DNA of 64,000 nucleotides from Methanobacteriota archaeon (GTDB taxonomy: Archaea > Thermoplasmatota > Thermoplasmata > SG8-5 > DAIRED01), in contig JAZDNO010000006.1 of NCBI GenBank assembly GCA_043799545.1, positions 1-64,000 on the forward strand, given 5' to 3'. A model generated the notes under the pieces. It was not told the DNA's origin, ran no database searches, and worked only from the letters and a program-made list of their open reading frames with translations. Shown piece by piece: positions 1-9,507 of this stretch. Numbering within the stretch: position 1 is the stretch's first letter; every line of letters begins with the position of its first letter. The position numbers were made by a program, and so were the translations under genes.

Positions 1-278
1 TATTTTAATATATAAATATTCGGTTCTAAAGACGATAAATGCTAAAATTGATCGAGTCGAAACCAGCGGTCATAGTTAACGACATTCAAAAGTTACATTA
101 CTGGCACAGCTATTCCATGAAAAAGCGAGAAAGGGAACGAACGAATGTTGTTGAACGAGTGAAGATTAGAAAACACACATAAGTCACAATAGTGCGCGTG
201 ATATAAACATCAAATTAAATCTATATACAAAAGCTATATCTACATCAATGCTCTCAGCGGCTCGCTCACCCGCTCAAG

Positions 279-300
279 CTGCAGTGGAAATAAAGGGGGG
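279..300 (+). other. Origin recognition box (ORB) of a putative replication origin, with AT-rich region at 1-240
   Basis: CTGCAGTGGAAATAAAGGGGGG resembles the archaeal ORB consensus (TCCAGTGGAAAC...G-string); lies between an AT-rich tract and cdc6. Confidence 0.7.
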
Positions 301-354
301 AGGGCCTCAATAGGAAACCGCAAAGCCGGGGTTTCAAAGGGGGAGGCTATACGA

Positions 355-1625
355 ATGAAAACATATTCGAGCAGTATCTGAGCGACAAGTCCGTATTTCA
401 AGACAGGGAAATACTAAGCCCGTCATACTTGCCCGAGAAACTGCTCCACAGGGAGGACCAGATACAGCACATCGCAAGCATACTAGCCCCGGCGCTGAAG
501 GGCCACCGGCCATCGAACCTTCTGTTCCTCGGAAAGACTGGAACCGGGAAAACCGTAGCTGCAAGATACGTGGGTCAACAATTGACGGATCTTCTGGCGG
601 AAGGGGACCCCAGCCGTCTAGAGTTCATTTATCTCAACTGTCAGATGATAGATACCCATTACGGCATCCTATTCGAGCTCTCTAAACGTTTCTTCACAAG
701 CGAGGAGTCGGAAAAAGGAATCGCCCCCCCTCCAACCGGATGGTCGATGGACCGTGTCTACCAGGCGCTCATAGCGCGCATGAGGTCATCAAAAAAGGTC
801 GTGATTGTGGTGCTGGACGAGATTGACAAATTCGTAGCCAAAAGCGGAGACGACGCATTGTACACGATAATAAAAATGAACGAAGCCGAGGTTGCAAGGC
901 CGAACGAGGGCGCCATCGCGGCCCGTATATCCATAATCGGCATCTCGAACGATCTTAAGTTCGCTGAGTTGCTCGACCCGCGTGTGAGGAGCCGATTGAG
1001 CGATGAGAAGCTTGTTTTCGCACCATACGACGCGCAGGAGTTGTATGACATTCTTATGCAGAGGGCTACACTGGCCTTCGTTCCTGACGCCATGCCGGAC
1101 TCTGTCATCCGGCTGTGCGCGGCCATAGAGGCGCACGAGCGCGGGGACGCCCGAAGGGCGATAGACCTGCTGCGTGTTGCCGGCGAGGTGGCCGACAGGG
1201 GGCGGGAAAAGCAGGTAACCGAGGCTCACATCCAGCGAGCGAGAGCGCGGATAGAGTTGGACTGCGTCATCGAAGCCATAAAAACCCTGCCGACGCAATC
1301 GAAGCTGGTTCTATTGGACGTGATATTGAATGCAGAGGTCGGGAACGAGCGGCTCACCACGGGGGAAGTCTACAACACGTACAAGGATCTGTGCAGGAAA
1401 GTGGGCATGACAGCCCTGACGCAGCGCAGGATAGGGGATTTGATATCCGAGCTGGACATGCTAGGGATACTCAACGCCCAGGTCCGCTCGTACGGTCGGG
1501 GCGGCAGAACGAAGGAGATATCCGCGAGCGTGCCGCTGCTGGATTCGAAGAGGACGCTCCTCGCCGACGAGCTACTGCAGCCCCTGAGGGACTATCGACC
1601 GAAACGCCAATCGACATTGGATTGA
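355..1625 (+). CDS. cdc6: Orc1/Cdc6 replication initiator (true start uncertain: 351 ACG, 355 ATG out of frame, or 429 TTG)
   Basis: Walker A GKTGTGKT, Walker B VLDEID, GDARRAIDLL, C-terminal wHTH (LTQRRIGDLISELDMLG, GRGGRT). In-frame Cdc6-like N-terminus NIFEQYLSDKSVFQDREILSPSYLPE extends upstream of 429. Confidence 0.95.
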
Positions 1626-1631
1626 GCTGGC

Positions 1632-2966
1632 ATGCTGATAAAGCTTTATGTCGAGGCCTATGGCTGCGCCCTCAATCGCGGCGAAACGGGAAAAGTCGTT
1701 CGCGCCCTGCAACAACGGGGGCATACCATGGTGTACGAAGCCTCCGATTCTGACGAAATCCTACTCGCCACATGCGTTGTCATAGGCTCCACGGAGCGCA
1801 AGATGCTTAAACGGCTCAAGGAGCTTTCATCAATTGGGGTTCCAATCGCCGTGACCGGGTGCGCGGGTCCGACTTGTCCGGAGCTGGTCCGGAACGCATC
1901 GCGGCATGCGGCCGTGTTCATGCCCGGCGATACGGCTGGGCCAGTGGATTTTCTCGCGGGCGTCACTCGCCCTGCTATCCCGGGCGGATCATTCGCCATT
2001 GCTCAGAAGCGCTCCTCCGAAACCGCGCCGCGACGTCTACCTAAAAAACCGAGGATTGCAAGCGTTTCGCGAATTCCGTTTACTGAGCCGGGCGACGTAG
2101 TCTACCCCTTACCAATAGCCTCTGGATGCAAAGGCGCCTGCGCCTATTGTATCACCAGAAAGGCCCGAGGGGCCTTGAAAAGCCGGCCATTGGAGGAGAT
2201 ATGCGACGAGGCCGGGCTCGCTATTGAGCATGGGGCGGCAGAAATCCAGCTGTGCGCTCAGGACTCGGGGGTGTACGGGGACGATAACGAAGGCTCCCTT
2301 CTCGAACTGCTGAAGGCCATAAGCTCGATGGAAGGGGATTTCATGGTCCGCGTGGGGATGATGAACCCGGGAAGCGTTAAGGAGATATTTCTCCAATTAC
2401 TTGAAGCGTACAGCAGCCCGCGAGTCTACAAGTTTTTGCACTTGCCCGTGCAGAGCGGCGACGACGGGGTCCTCGAATCCATGGGGCGGGGCCACACCGC
2501 CGGCGAGGCGCTGGAAATGATGATGGCTTTCAGGGAACGATTTCCCGAGTCCACAATATCGACAGACGTGATTGTGGGGTTTCCCGGCGAGGATTCCGAG
2601 GCTCATTCGGCCACGAAAGCCTTCCTACGGGAATCCAGACCGGACATTGTCAACGTAACGCGATTCTCCCCGCGGCCAGGGACTGCCGCAGCTTTGATGC
2701 CCGGGGCACCGCAAGGACGCTCTGTGAAGGCACGCTCGCGGGAGCTTACCGCGATTCGAAAATCCATCGCCGAGGAGAACAACGCCCGGTGGCTGGGCGA
2801 GCGGCTCGAGGTGCTTGCCACCGAGGATGGGAGAGGTACGACGACAATGATGCGGACGGCCGGATACAAACAAACGATATTGGCGGGGCGCGTGCCCCTC
2901 GGGAAGCGATATACCGTGAAGATCGCCAACACAAACAGCATCAATCTGTTCGGAAAAATCGAATAA
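1632..2966 (+). CDS. mtaB: MiaB-like tRNA methylthiotransferase (archaeal MtaB type), radical SAM
   Basis: UPF0004 N-terminus YGCALN..TCVV..TGC, CKGACAYC, HLPVQSG, TDVIVGFPGE, C-terminal TRAM-like region. Confidence 0.85.
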   Translation: MLIKLYVEAYGCALNRGETGKVVRALQQRGHTMVYEASDSDEILLATCVVIGSTERKMLKRLKELSSIGVPIAVTGCAGPTCPELVRNASRHAAVFMPGDTAGPVDFLAGVTRPAIPGGSFAIAQKRSSETAPRRLPKKPRIASVSRIPFTEPGDVVYPLPIASGCKGACAYCITRKARGALKSRPLEEICDEAGLAIEHGAAEIQLCAQDSGVYGDDNEGSLLELLKAISSMEGDFMVRVGMMNPGSVKEIFLQLLEAYSSPRVYKFLHLPVQSGDDGVLESMGRGHTAGEALEMMMAFRERFPESTISTDVIVGFPGEDSEAHSATKAFLRESRPDIVNVTRFSPRPGTAAALMPGAPQGRSVKARSRELTAIRKSIAEENNARWLGERLEVLATEDGRGTTTMMRTAGYKQTILAGRVPLGKRYTVKIANTNSINLFGKIE

Positions 2967-3032
2967 TGAGGCCAATTTGTCACGACGGACCATTGACAAA
3001 ATTTATGTAGCCATTATAGTTATGCGGAGGCC

Positions 3033-3461
3033 ATGGTCGAGCGCGGAAAGCTGAACGCAATCCTAGCTGTCGCGGCTGTTGCGATCCTGATTGGCTCAGG
3101 GGTTGCGCTGGCTTTGGCGAACGCACCCCATGGCGATTCGAATATAATAATTGTAAACGGCAAGGGGTATCCGTGGGAGCGGCTAAGCGACGAGTTCCAG
3201 GCAGTCCATTTCGAGGCCAACGGTGTCCAGTATGACGGAATTCGGATCAGCGACATAGTCAACGATACCGACCTAGACGGGTCGGAGATGCGAAACTACG
3301 AATTGGTGAGCGCCAGAGACGGGTACTCGAAGACGGTCGCATGGGAAGACCTGTTAAACGGCTTCCTCGTCTTCGATTACGAGAAGCGCGCGGTGTTCCC
3401 GGAGCGAACGAAAAGCTTCTGGGTCGACACTCTCGGAGAGATAAACCCCGTGGCGGGGTGA
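3033..3461 (+). CDS. Small exported/membrane-anchored protein, first gene of AOR operon; weak resemblance to molybdopterin oxidoreductase-type domain
   Basis: N-terminal hydrophobic helix; YDGIRISDIV...SARDGYSKTV motif; TATA-like element upstream. Confidence 0.55.
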   Translation: MVERGKLNAILAVAAVAILIGSGVALALANAPHGDSNIIIVNGKGYPWERLSDEFQAVHFEANGVQYDGIRISDIVNDTDLDGSEMRNYELVSARDGYSKTVAWEDLLNGFLVFDYEKRAVFPERTKSFWVDTLGEINPVAG

Positions 3462-3474
3462 CGGAGGCGTAAAA

Positions 3475-4185
3475 ATGAAGCAAATGGACAAGTACAGGAT
3501 GATTGCGGGAGCGTTGCTCTTTGGCTCGATTTGGGGCATGCTCGAATGCGTGCTGGGGAGCATGAAGATGCCGTCGGGCTTCGAATCCTTCCCCCTGGGC
3601 GCCGTATTGGGCGGCCTGTTCGGATTCGGCATAATGGCGTACACCCGGCGCATCTACGGCGTGATGTGGATGCAGCTCGGCATGGGCGTCGTGGCGGGCT
3701 TCCTCCGCTTCTGGGCGCCCATAGGAACGTGCGTCGTCTGCTCTGCGCTGGCCATAGTCGCCGAGAGCCTGGTGTTCGAGTTGATATTCAACCGTCCTGC
3801 GCTGTCGATAAGGGGATTTGCGGCAGAAGGCGCTGAGGGTAAGAGCCGCGCAGCCGCCATCACCCTCGTGCCGCTCGGTTTCATCGCAGCCTATGCGATT
3901 TACGTCACGGGATATGTCTTCACGCAGGTTATGACGCCCGTAATCACCGGTTCTGGCTTCGTAATGTCGGATTTCGCCTCGGTGCTTCCTCTGATAATCG
4001 GGCGAGGACTTTTCGCAGCGCTATGCGGAGCAGTGGCTCTTCCGTTTGCAGTTCTGGTAAGGCAGCTTGACATCGAAGTGACGAAGGTCGCGGTTGCGAA
4101 GTACTATGCCGGAGCGCTGGTAGGTTCCGTGATGTGCTGGGGTATTGTCCTCGCGCTCTTCCTGCCGAGGCTGCTGGGGCAGTGA
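3475..4185 (+). CDS. Multi-pass membrane protein (about 6-7 TM), possibly ECF S-component-like
   Basis: Highly hydrophobic Gly-rich helices, GC-typical codon use, operonic spacing. Confidence 0.6.
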   Translation: MKQMDKYRMIAGALLFGSIWGMLECVLGSMKMPSGFESFPLGAVLGGLFGFGIMAYTRRIYGVMWMQLGMGVVAGFLRFWAPIGTCVVCSALAIVAESLVFELIFNRPALSIRGFAAEGAEGKSRAAAITLVPLGFIAAYAIYVTGYVFTQVMTPVITGSGFVMSDFASVLPLIIGRGLFAALCGAVALPFAVLVRQLDIEVTKVAVAKYYAGALVGSVMCWGIVLALFLPRLLGQ

Positions 4186-4194
4186 GGTGGCACA

Positions 4195-4647
4195 ATGACG
4201 AAGGTCAAGGTGCTCGTTTTCCATCCAGAGAAGTGCAAAGGCGACCTGGAATGCGAGAAGGCGTGCTCGAAAGTGCATTTCAAGACCGAAGACGGCGGCG
4301 TCAAGTCGGCGATACGGATTACCAAGGGGGACGATGGTAAGTTCCGGGCGACTATGTGCAACCACTGCGGATTGTGCATCGACCTTTGCCCCGTCCAAGC
4401 CCTGAAGCGGCTGGGCAGCGGGATCGTGACTCTTAACAAGAACGCTTGCGTCGGCTGCCAGGCCTGCGTGGGGTTCTGTCCCTCGGAGGTCATGCGGAAG
4501 GCACCGGGCGTGATAGTTCCGTTCAAGTGCATCTCCTGCGGGATGTGCGTCAGGGCCTGCCCCGAGAAAGCGCTGGAACTGAAGGAATTCGAACTATCCG
4601 ATATCGAGCGCGAGGTCTATGCCAGACATGGGAAGGTGTGCAAATGA
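4195..4647 (+). CDS. 4Fe-4S polyferredoxin subunit of AOR
   Basis: CNHCGLCIDLCP, CVGCQACVGFCP, CISCGMCVRACP. Confidence 0.9.
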   Translation: MTKVKVLVFHPEKCKGDLECEKACSKVHFKTEDGGVKSAIRITKGDDGKFRATMCNHCGLCIDLCPVQALKRLGSGIVTLNKNACVGCQACVGFCPSEVMRKAPGVIVPFKCISCGMCVRACPEKALELKEFELSDIEREVYARHGKVCK

Positions 4648-6992
4648 ACGGCCCGGAGAGCATCGTAGACTGCAACTACAAGCCCGTAACCCTGAAAACG
4701 GAGAAGGGGTTCGAGACCGGCAACACGAAGCATCAATGGGACCTCAAGAAGATGCGGGAGAGCCATCGGATTCTGGCCGAGATGAAATACGAGCGGCGCC
4801 CGGTAGCAAGGGGCTACGCCGGACGCACTCTTTACATAAGTCTCTCGAAGAACGAAATAAAAGAGAAGCCCGTGTCGGAGGAAATGAAAAACCAGTTCAC
4901 GGGGGGCAAGGGATTCGACCTCAAGCTGCTTTACGATGCCATCAAGCCCTCGACACGGTGGGACAGCGAGGAAAACGAGCTTGTGATGGCGGCGGGCCCT
5001 CTCTGCGGAACCACGCAATACTCTGGAATGGGGAAATGCCTGGCAGTGACGATATCGCCCCTCACAAACGTCGTCTGCGATTCGAACGCCGGAGGGTATT
5101 TCGCTCCGTATCTGAAGTTCGCTGGCTTCGATGCGATTGAGATACAGGGGAAGGCCAAGGAAGATGTCGCGATAATCGTTGACGGCCGCGAAGGGGTCGT
5201 GAGAATCGAGACTGCCCCGCTTGAAGAGGTCAACGCACATCTGGTGGCAGAGCAGCTCACGTACATGTACGCAGCCGAAGACACGGACGTCGAGCGCCAG
5301 AAGGTGGCCGTCGTATCCGCAGGGCGCGGCTCGGAGCACTCATATTGGGGCTGCCTGAACATATCGTTCTTCGACCCGCGTCGCAAGGTGGCCAGGCTGA
5401 AGCAGCACGGCCGCGGCGGCCTGGGGACTGTATTCCGCAACAAGAAGATCAAGGCTCTGGTCGCCAGAATCGAGAAGTTCGACGGCACATCCAACGACCC
5501 AGCCGACCCGGACAGGCTCGCGGCAACGGGATTGAAGCATCACAGGGAGATGCGCGACCTGGACAGGGACCAGTGCAACATGCGCGTCGTGGGCACTGGC
5601 AACATCGTAGAGGTGATGGACGCCTATGACCTCTTGCCGACTGAGAACTACAGGTTCGGCTCCCATCCCAAAGCAGCGAACCTTCACTCGCCGCAGTTCT
5701 ACAAGCGGTTCACCCAGGTCATACCCGACGGATGCTGGTACGGCTGCACGATGGCCTGCGCCAAGGTCGTGGACGGCTTCGAGGTGATGACCGGGCCGTA
5801 CAAAGGGATGAAGTTCTCGGTCGACGGACCCGAATACGAGAACTCTGGCGGATGCGCCAACATGGGGCTATGGGACCCAGACTGGGTCATAGAGTGGAAC
5901 TTCTACTGCGACTGTTACGGGATAGACACGATATCGTTCGCGACTGGCATGGCTTACTACATGGAAATGTACGAGTACGGAATCCTGACCAAGGAGCGCT
6001 GCGGCGGCCTGGAGCTAGTATGGGGCAACGGCGAGGCGATATTGGAGTTCATGCACAGGATAGCACGCGGCGACACAAACGAATTCATCCAAACCGGGGC
6101 AAAGGGAATCCGCAGGACGAAGGACTGGCTGCTATCCAAAGGATGGGGGGACCCTTACTTCATCGAGAACTGCGGGATGGAGAACAAGGGGCTCGAGTTC
6201 TCGGAGTACGTGTGCAAGGAGTCGCTCGCCCAGCAAGGCGGATACGGCCTCACGAACAAGGGGCCCCAGCACGACGAGGCATGGCTCATCTTCATGGACA
6301 TGGTCAATAAACAGATACCGACCTTCGCCGACAAGGCGGAGGCGCTCCACTACTTCCCGATGTGGCGAACGTGGTTCGGCCTTGTGGGACTGTGCAAGCT
6401 CCCTTGGAACGACGTTACGCCGCCGTCCAACGCCAAGGCGAAGGAGCCGGCCAAGATACCGGAGCACGTCCAGAACTACGCCGACATGCTGAGCGGTACC
6501 GTGGGCAAGGAGTTCAAGCCCGCCGACCTCATCGCTCAGAGCGAGAGGGTGTACAACTTCCAGCGCTCGATGAACGTCTGGATGGGCCGCGGCACACGCA
6601 AGGACGACAAGATGCCCTTCAGGGCGCTCGGGCCAGTCACCGAGATGGAATACCTCTCCAGAAAGGACCGGTACGACAAGCAGCTAGCCGAGATAATCGG
6701 CGTACCTAAGGAGAGATTATCCAAGATGATAACTCGCGACAAGCTCGCGCTCCTGAAGGAATACCGCATCGACCAGTATGAGAAGCTCACTGACGCTGTG
6801 TACCACAGACGCGGTTGGACCCCGAACGGGATTCCGACGCCGGAGAAGATGAAATCCCTGGGCTTCGCGGACGAGCGGCTGCTCGGCACGCTCCAGAAGA
6901 AGATTGAAGCTGACGAGAAGGCTGGCCTGAACAAATGGGGCGGCAAATACAAGGGCGATGAGAAACCGCCGGGTGTAAAGGGGACCCGTTGA
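4644..6992 (+). CDS. aor: Aldehyde:ferredoxin oxidoreductase family tungstopterin enzyme
   Basis: ISPLT..DSNAGG.F...LKFAGFDAI, GRGGLGTVF..KKIKA, CWYGCTMAC, GPEYE, CDCYGIDTIS, YY.RGW...G.P; ATG 4644 overlaps the ferredoxin stop (ATGA). Confidence 0.9.
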   Translation: MNGPESIVDCNYKPVTLKTEKGFETGNTKHQWDLKKMRESHRILAEMKYERRPVARGYAGRTLYISLSKNEIKEKPVSEEMKNQFTGGKGFDLKLLYDAIKPSTRWDSEENELVMAAGPLCGTTQYSGMGKCLAVTISPLTNVVCDSNAGGYFAPYLKFAGFDAIEIQGKAKEDVAIIVDGREGVVRIETAPLEEVNAHLVAEQLTYMYAAEDTDVERQKVAVVSAGRGSEHSYWGCLNISFFDPRRKVARLKQHGRGGLGTVFRNKKIKALVARIEKFDGTSNDPADPDRLAATGLKHHREMRDLDRDQCNMRVVGTGNIVEVMDAYDLLPTENYRFGSHPKAANLHSPQFYKRFTQVIPDGCWYGCTMACAKVVDGFEVMTGPYKGMKFSVDGPEYENSGGCANMGLWDPDWVIEWNFYCDCYGIDTISFATGMAYYMEMYEYGILTKERCGGLELVWGNGEAILEFMHRIARGDTNEFIQTGAKGIRRTKDWLLSKGWGDPYFIENCGMENKGLEFSEYVCKESLAQQGGYGLTNKGPQHDEAWLIFMDMVNKQIPTFADKAEALHYFPMWRTWFGLVGLCKLPWNDVTPPSNAKAKEPAKIPEHVQNYADMLSGTVGKEFKPADLIAQSERVYNFQRSMNVWMGRGTRKDDKMPFRALGPVTEMEYLSRKDRYDKQLAEIIGVPKERLSKMITRDKLALLKEYRIDQYEKLTDAVYHRRGWTPNGIPTPEKMKSLGFADERLLGTLQKKIEADEKAGLNKWGGKYKGDEKPPGVKGTR

Positions 6993-7873
6993 CCGCCCGC
7001 ATGAACAAATTATCGATGGTCTCCTACCTGGCGTACCTCGAGATTAAGCGAAAAGTACGAGGCGCGAGATACTTCGCCGAGGTCGACGTCACGGACAATT
7101 GCAACCTGAGGTGCGCCCATTGCTACCATTTCCACGGCAAGGAGGATTTTGAAAAGGCCGAGCTGCCGCTGGAGGCGTGGGCGCAACGATTCGAAGCGCT
7201 GCATGGCGAAGGCGTCCGTTTCGTCCTGTTGGTCGGCGGGGAGCCAGCGCTGAGGAACGACGTTCTTATGCTCGCCCACAGGACGTTCCCATTCGTTTAC
7301 GTGATAACGAATGGCACGATTCCTATTCCCAAGGAGTTCGACCACCTGTTGTTTGTATCGCTGGACGGACTGGAGAAGACCAACGATTCGATACGAGGCG
7401 CTGGCACATTTTCCAGAGTCCTGAAAAATTACTCCGGGGATCCAAGGGTCGCCATCAACATGACCGTCACCATGGGCAACCACAAAGAGCTGGAAGATGT
7501 CGTCGAGCTATCGAAGGAGCACGGCTTCAGGGGGGCCGTGTGCAACATCTGCGCAACCGGGACCGACAGGGCCATCCCACTGGCCATCAAGAAGGGCGAG
7601 CGGAAGCAGATTGTCGACGAGCTGAGGCGGGTGAAGAAGGCCCATCCGAGGCACTTCCTGCTTAGCCCGAAGATGCTTGACTGGTACGAGAAGGCGGACC
7701 ATAGGGGGCGGTGCTACTGGGGCGACGATGTGCGGCATTTCGATGTCTCGTGGAACACGAGGAGGTGCTTCGGAACGAATGCGGACTGCTCCAACTGCGG
7801 CTGCCTGGCGGGCTCTTTCCAGAACCCGCTGGCGATGGCGCTCAGCCCGAGGGAGTTCGTCCATCTGGTTTGA
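6989..7873 (+). CDS. Radical SAM protein with C-terminal Cys cluster, function unknown
   Basis: CNLRCAHC, GGEP, VSLDG, C-terminal CYWG...CFG..DCSNCGC. Confidence 0.85.
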   Translation: MTARMNKLSMVSYLAYLEIKRKVRGARYFAEVDVTDNCNLRCAHCYHFHGKEDFEKAELPLEAWAQRFEALHGEGVRFVLLVGGEPALRNDVLMLAHRTFPFVYVITNGTIPIPKEFDHLLFVSLDGLEKTNDSIRGAGTFSRVLKNYSGDPRVAINMTVTMGNHKELEDVVELSKEHGFRGAVCNICATGTDRAIPLAIKKGERKQIVDELRRVKKAHPRHFLLSPKMLDWYEKADHRGRCYWGDDVRHFDVSWNTRRCFGTNADCSNCGCLAGSFQNPLAMALSPREFVHLV

Positions 7874-7975
7874 GGGAGCGTGGAAGAATGATGCATCGCT
7901 GGATGGAATCCTCAATGGTCAAATCCCCTTGATGGGAATTCTTCAACAAGCCTTTTATCCATACCGAGCCATGTC

Positions 7976-8584
7976 GTGTTGATGGCGCCCCTTACCAAGG
8001 AGGACGTGGAGGAGCATCTCATGCTGGCCAGCGTCGGCATAGCAGGAGCTGGCGGCCTGGGCTCCAACGTCGCTATGGCGCTCGCCAGGGCGGGTGTGGG
8101 GCACATAGTTCTCGTGGACTTCGATGTCGTGGAAGAGAAGAACCTCACGCGCCAGTACTTCTTCAGGGACCAGGTGGGCGAATTGAAGGTCGAGGCACTT
8201 AAGCGCAACATAAGCCGAGCAATTTGCGGTGTGAAGGTGGATGCAGTCAACCGCAAGCTGACGCCCGGAAAGATGGCCGAGCCATTCAAGAAAGTAGACG
8301 TTGTCGTCGAGGCACTCGACAACGCTGAGACAAAAGCCCAATTCATAGAGGAAATCCTGCTGGAGCTTCCAGGCAAACCGATAGTCGCCGCATCCGGCGT
8401 GGCCGGCTGGGGAACGTGCGAGAGCATCGAGATGAGGCGAATCCCGCCGCTTTACCTTGTCGAGGACAAGCGGGCGAAGTCGAGCGACTCCGGCGTTTTG
8501 TTGGCGCCCAAGGTAGGTTTGCTGGCGCACATGCAGGCGAACATGGTCATGGAGATAATATTGGGGGTGGAAAATGCCCGTTAA
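7976..8584 (+). CDS. thiF: ThiF/MoeB-family sulfur-carrier adenylyltransferase
   Basis: GIAGAGGLGSN, DFDVVEEKNLTRQY, VVEALDN. Confidence 0.9.
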   Translation: MLMAPLTKEDVEEHLMLASVGIAGAGGLGSNVAMALARAGVGHIVLVDFDVVEEKNLTRQYFFRDQVGELKVEALKRNISRAICGVKVDAVNRKLTPGKMAEPFKKVDVVVEALDNAETKAQFIEEILLELPGKPIVAASGVAGWGTCESIEMRRIPPLYLVEDKRAKSSDSGVLLAPKVGLLAHMQANMVMEIILGVENAR

Positions 8585-8774
8585 GGTGAATGGAAACGGC
8601 GTGGAATACGTGAAGGACGAGACGATAACGGAGCTCCTGGAGCGGATGAAGTACAACTTTCCCCTTGTTGTCGTAAAGGTGAACGGGAAGGTCATCCCCC
8701 ACGAGCGCTTTCCCGAGGCGAAGGTTCCGGACCGCTCGAAAGTCGAGGTCATACACCTGATAAGCGGTGGATGA
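8574..8774 (+). CDS. thiS: ThiS/MoaD ubiquitin-like sulfur carrier
   Basis: 66 aa, VKVNG..VKVNG, C-terminal GG. Confidence 0.9.
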   Translation: MPVKVNGNGVEYVKDETITELLERMKYNFPLVVVKVNGKVIPHERFPEAKVPDRSKVEVIHLISGG

Positions 8775-8958
8775 GATGCATCTGGAAGGCAAGGAGCTGG
8801 AGAAGGCTTTGCTGAAGCGGGCGAAGGGCGGAAAAATCTCGTGCCGCAACGCCCTTGCAATCGCCAAGGAGACGGGGACACCCCCAGCCAAGGTCGGGGC
8901 GATGCTGGACGACCTCGGCATCAGGATTACCAACTGTCAGCTCGGATGCTTCGAGTAA
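8767..8958 (+). CDS. Small conserved Cys-containing HTH-like protein
   Basis: ISCRNALAIA...LDDLGIRITNCQLGCF; overlaps thiS stop. Confidence 0.7.
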   Translation: MDEMHLEGKELEKALLKRAKGGKISCRNALAIAKETGTPPAKVGAMLDDLGIRITNCQLGCFE

Positions 8959-8973
8959 GGGTGGCCACCGCCA

Positions 8974-9507
8974 ATGATAACAGTCTCGGTTCTCGGCCTG
9001 AAGAAAAGCGGCAAGACCACTTCTTGCGAAGCTCTCATACGCGAGTTCAAATCCAGGGGACTCAGGGTCGGAGCAGTCAAATCCATGCACCACGCTAGGA
9101 TGACAATCGACACCAAAGGCAAGGACACATGGCGCCACCGTCAAGCGGGGGCGGATTTCGTCGTTTCCCTGTCGAAGGGTGAGATGGGGTACATTGAGGC
9201 GGTCATGGGCCGCGCCACGTTGCGAGAGGCAAGAAGGCATTTCCCCAAAGGGACCGGCATCCTCGTATGCGAAGGGGTGGAGGGCCTCGGAAGCGAGGCT
9301 ATCAAGGTCGTGGCGCTGAAATCCGCCGCCCTTCTCCCGGAGACTTTGAAGATACGCGGTCTGGGCCGTGGAAAGAATGTGCTGGCGCTGACTGGAATTT
9401 TCACAAACGCAACCAAGAAGCACTCGAAATATCCTGTTTTCAACTGCACAGTCAAACGCGACGCAAAGGCTCTGGCCGACCTGATATTGGAAGGAGGCAT
9501 GCTATGA
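8974..9507 (+). CDS. mobB: Molybdopterin-guanine dinucleotide biosynthesis protein MobB-like
   Basis: GLKKSGKTT, VGAVKSMHH, DTKGKDTWRH..AGA, LVCEG. Confidence 0.85.
   Translation: MITVSVLGLKKSGKTTSCEALIREFKSRGLRVGAVKSMHHARMTIDTKGKDTWRHRQAGADFVVSLSKGEMGYIEAVMGRATLREARRHFPKGTGILVCEGVEGLGSEAIKVVALKSAALLPETLKIRGLGRGKNVLALTGIFTNATKKHSKYPVFNCTVKRDAKALADLILEGGML

Noticed and set aside
4446-4643. Extended starts offered by the ORF track for aor, also ALDH (9267), infB (15572), ligase (45709), GT (47186)
   Set aside because: Extensions overlap neighbouring genes and lack conserved sequence; downstream ATGs fit overlaps, SD or TATA spacing
6989-7873. MoaA assignment
   Set aside because: Lacks the recognisable MoaA C-terminal Cys spacing and terminal GG
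7976-8774. Thiamine biosynthesis role for thiF/thiS
   Set aside because: No thiG/thiH/thiE nearby; context (aor, mobB) favours pterin cofactor sulfur relay; symbols denote family only
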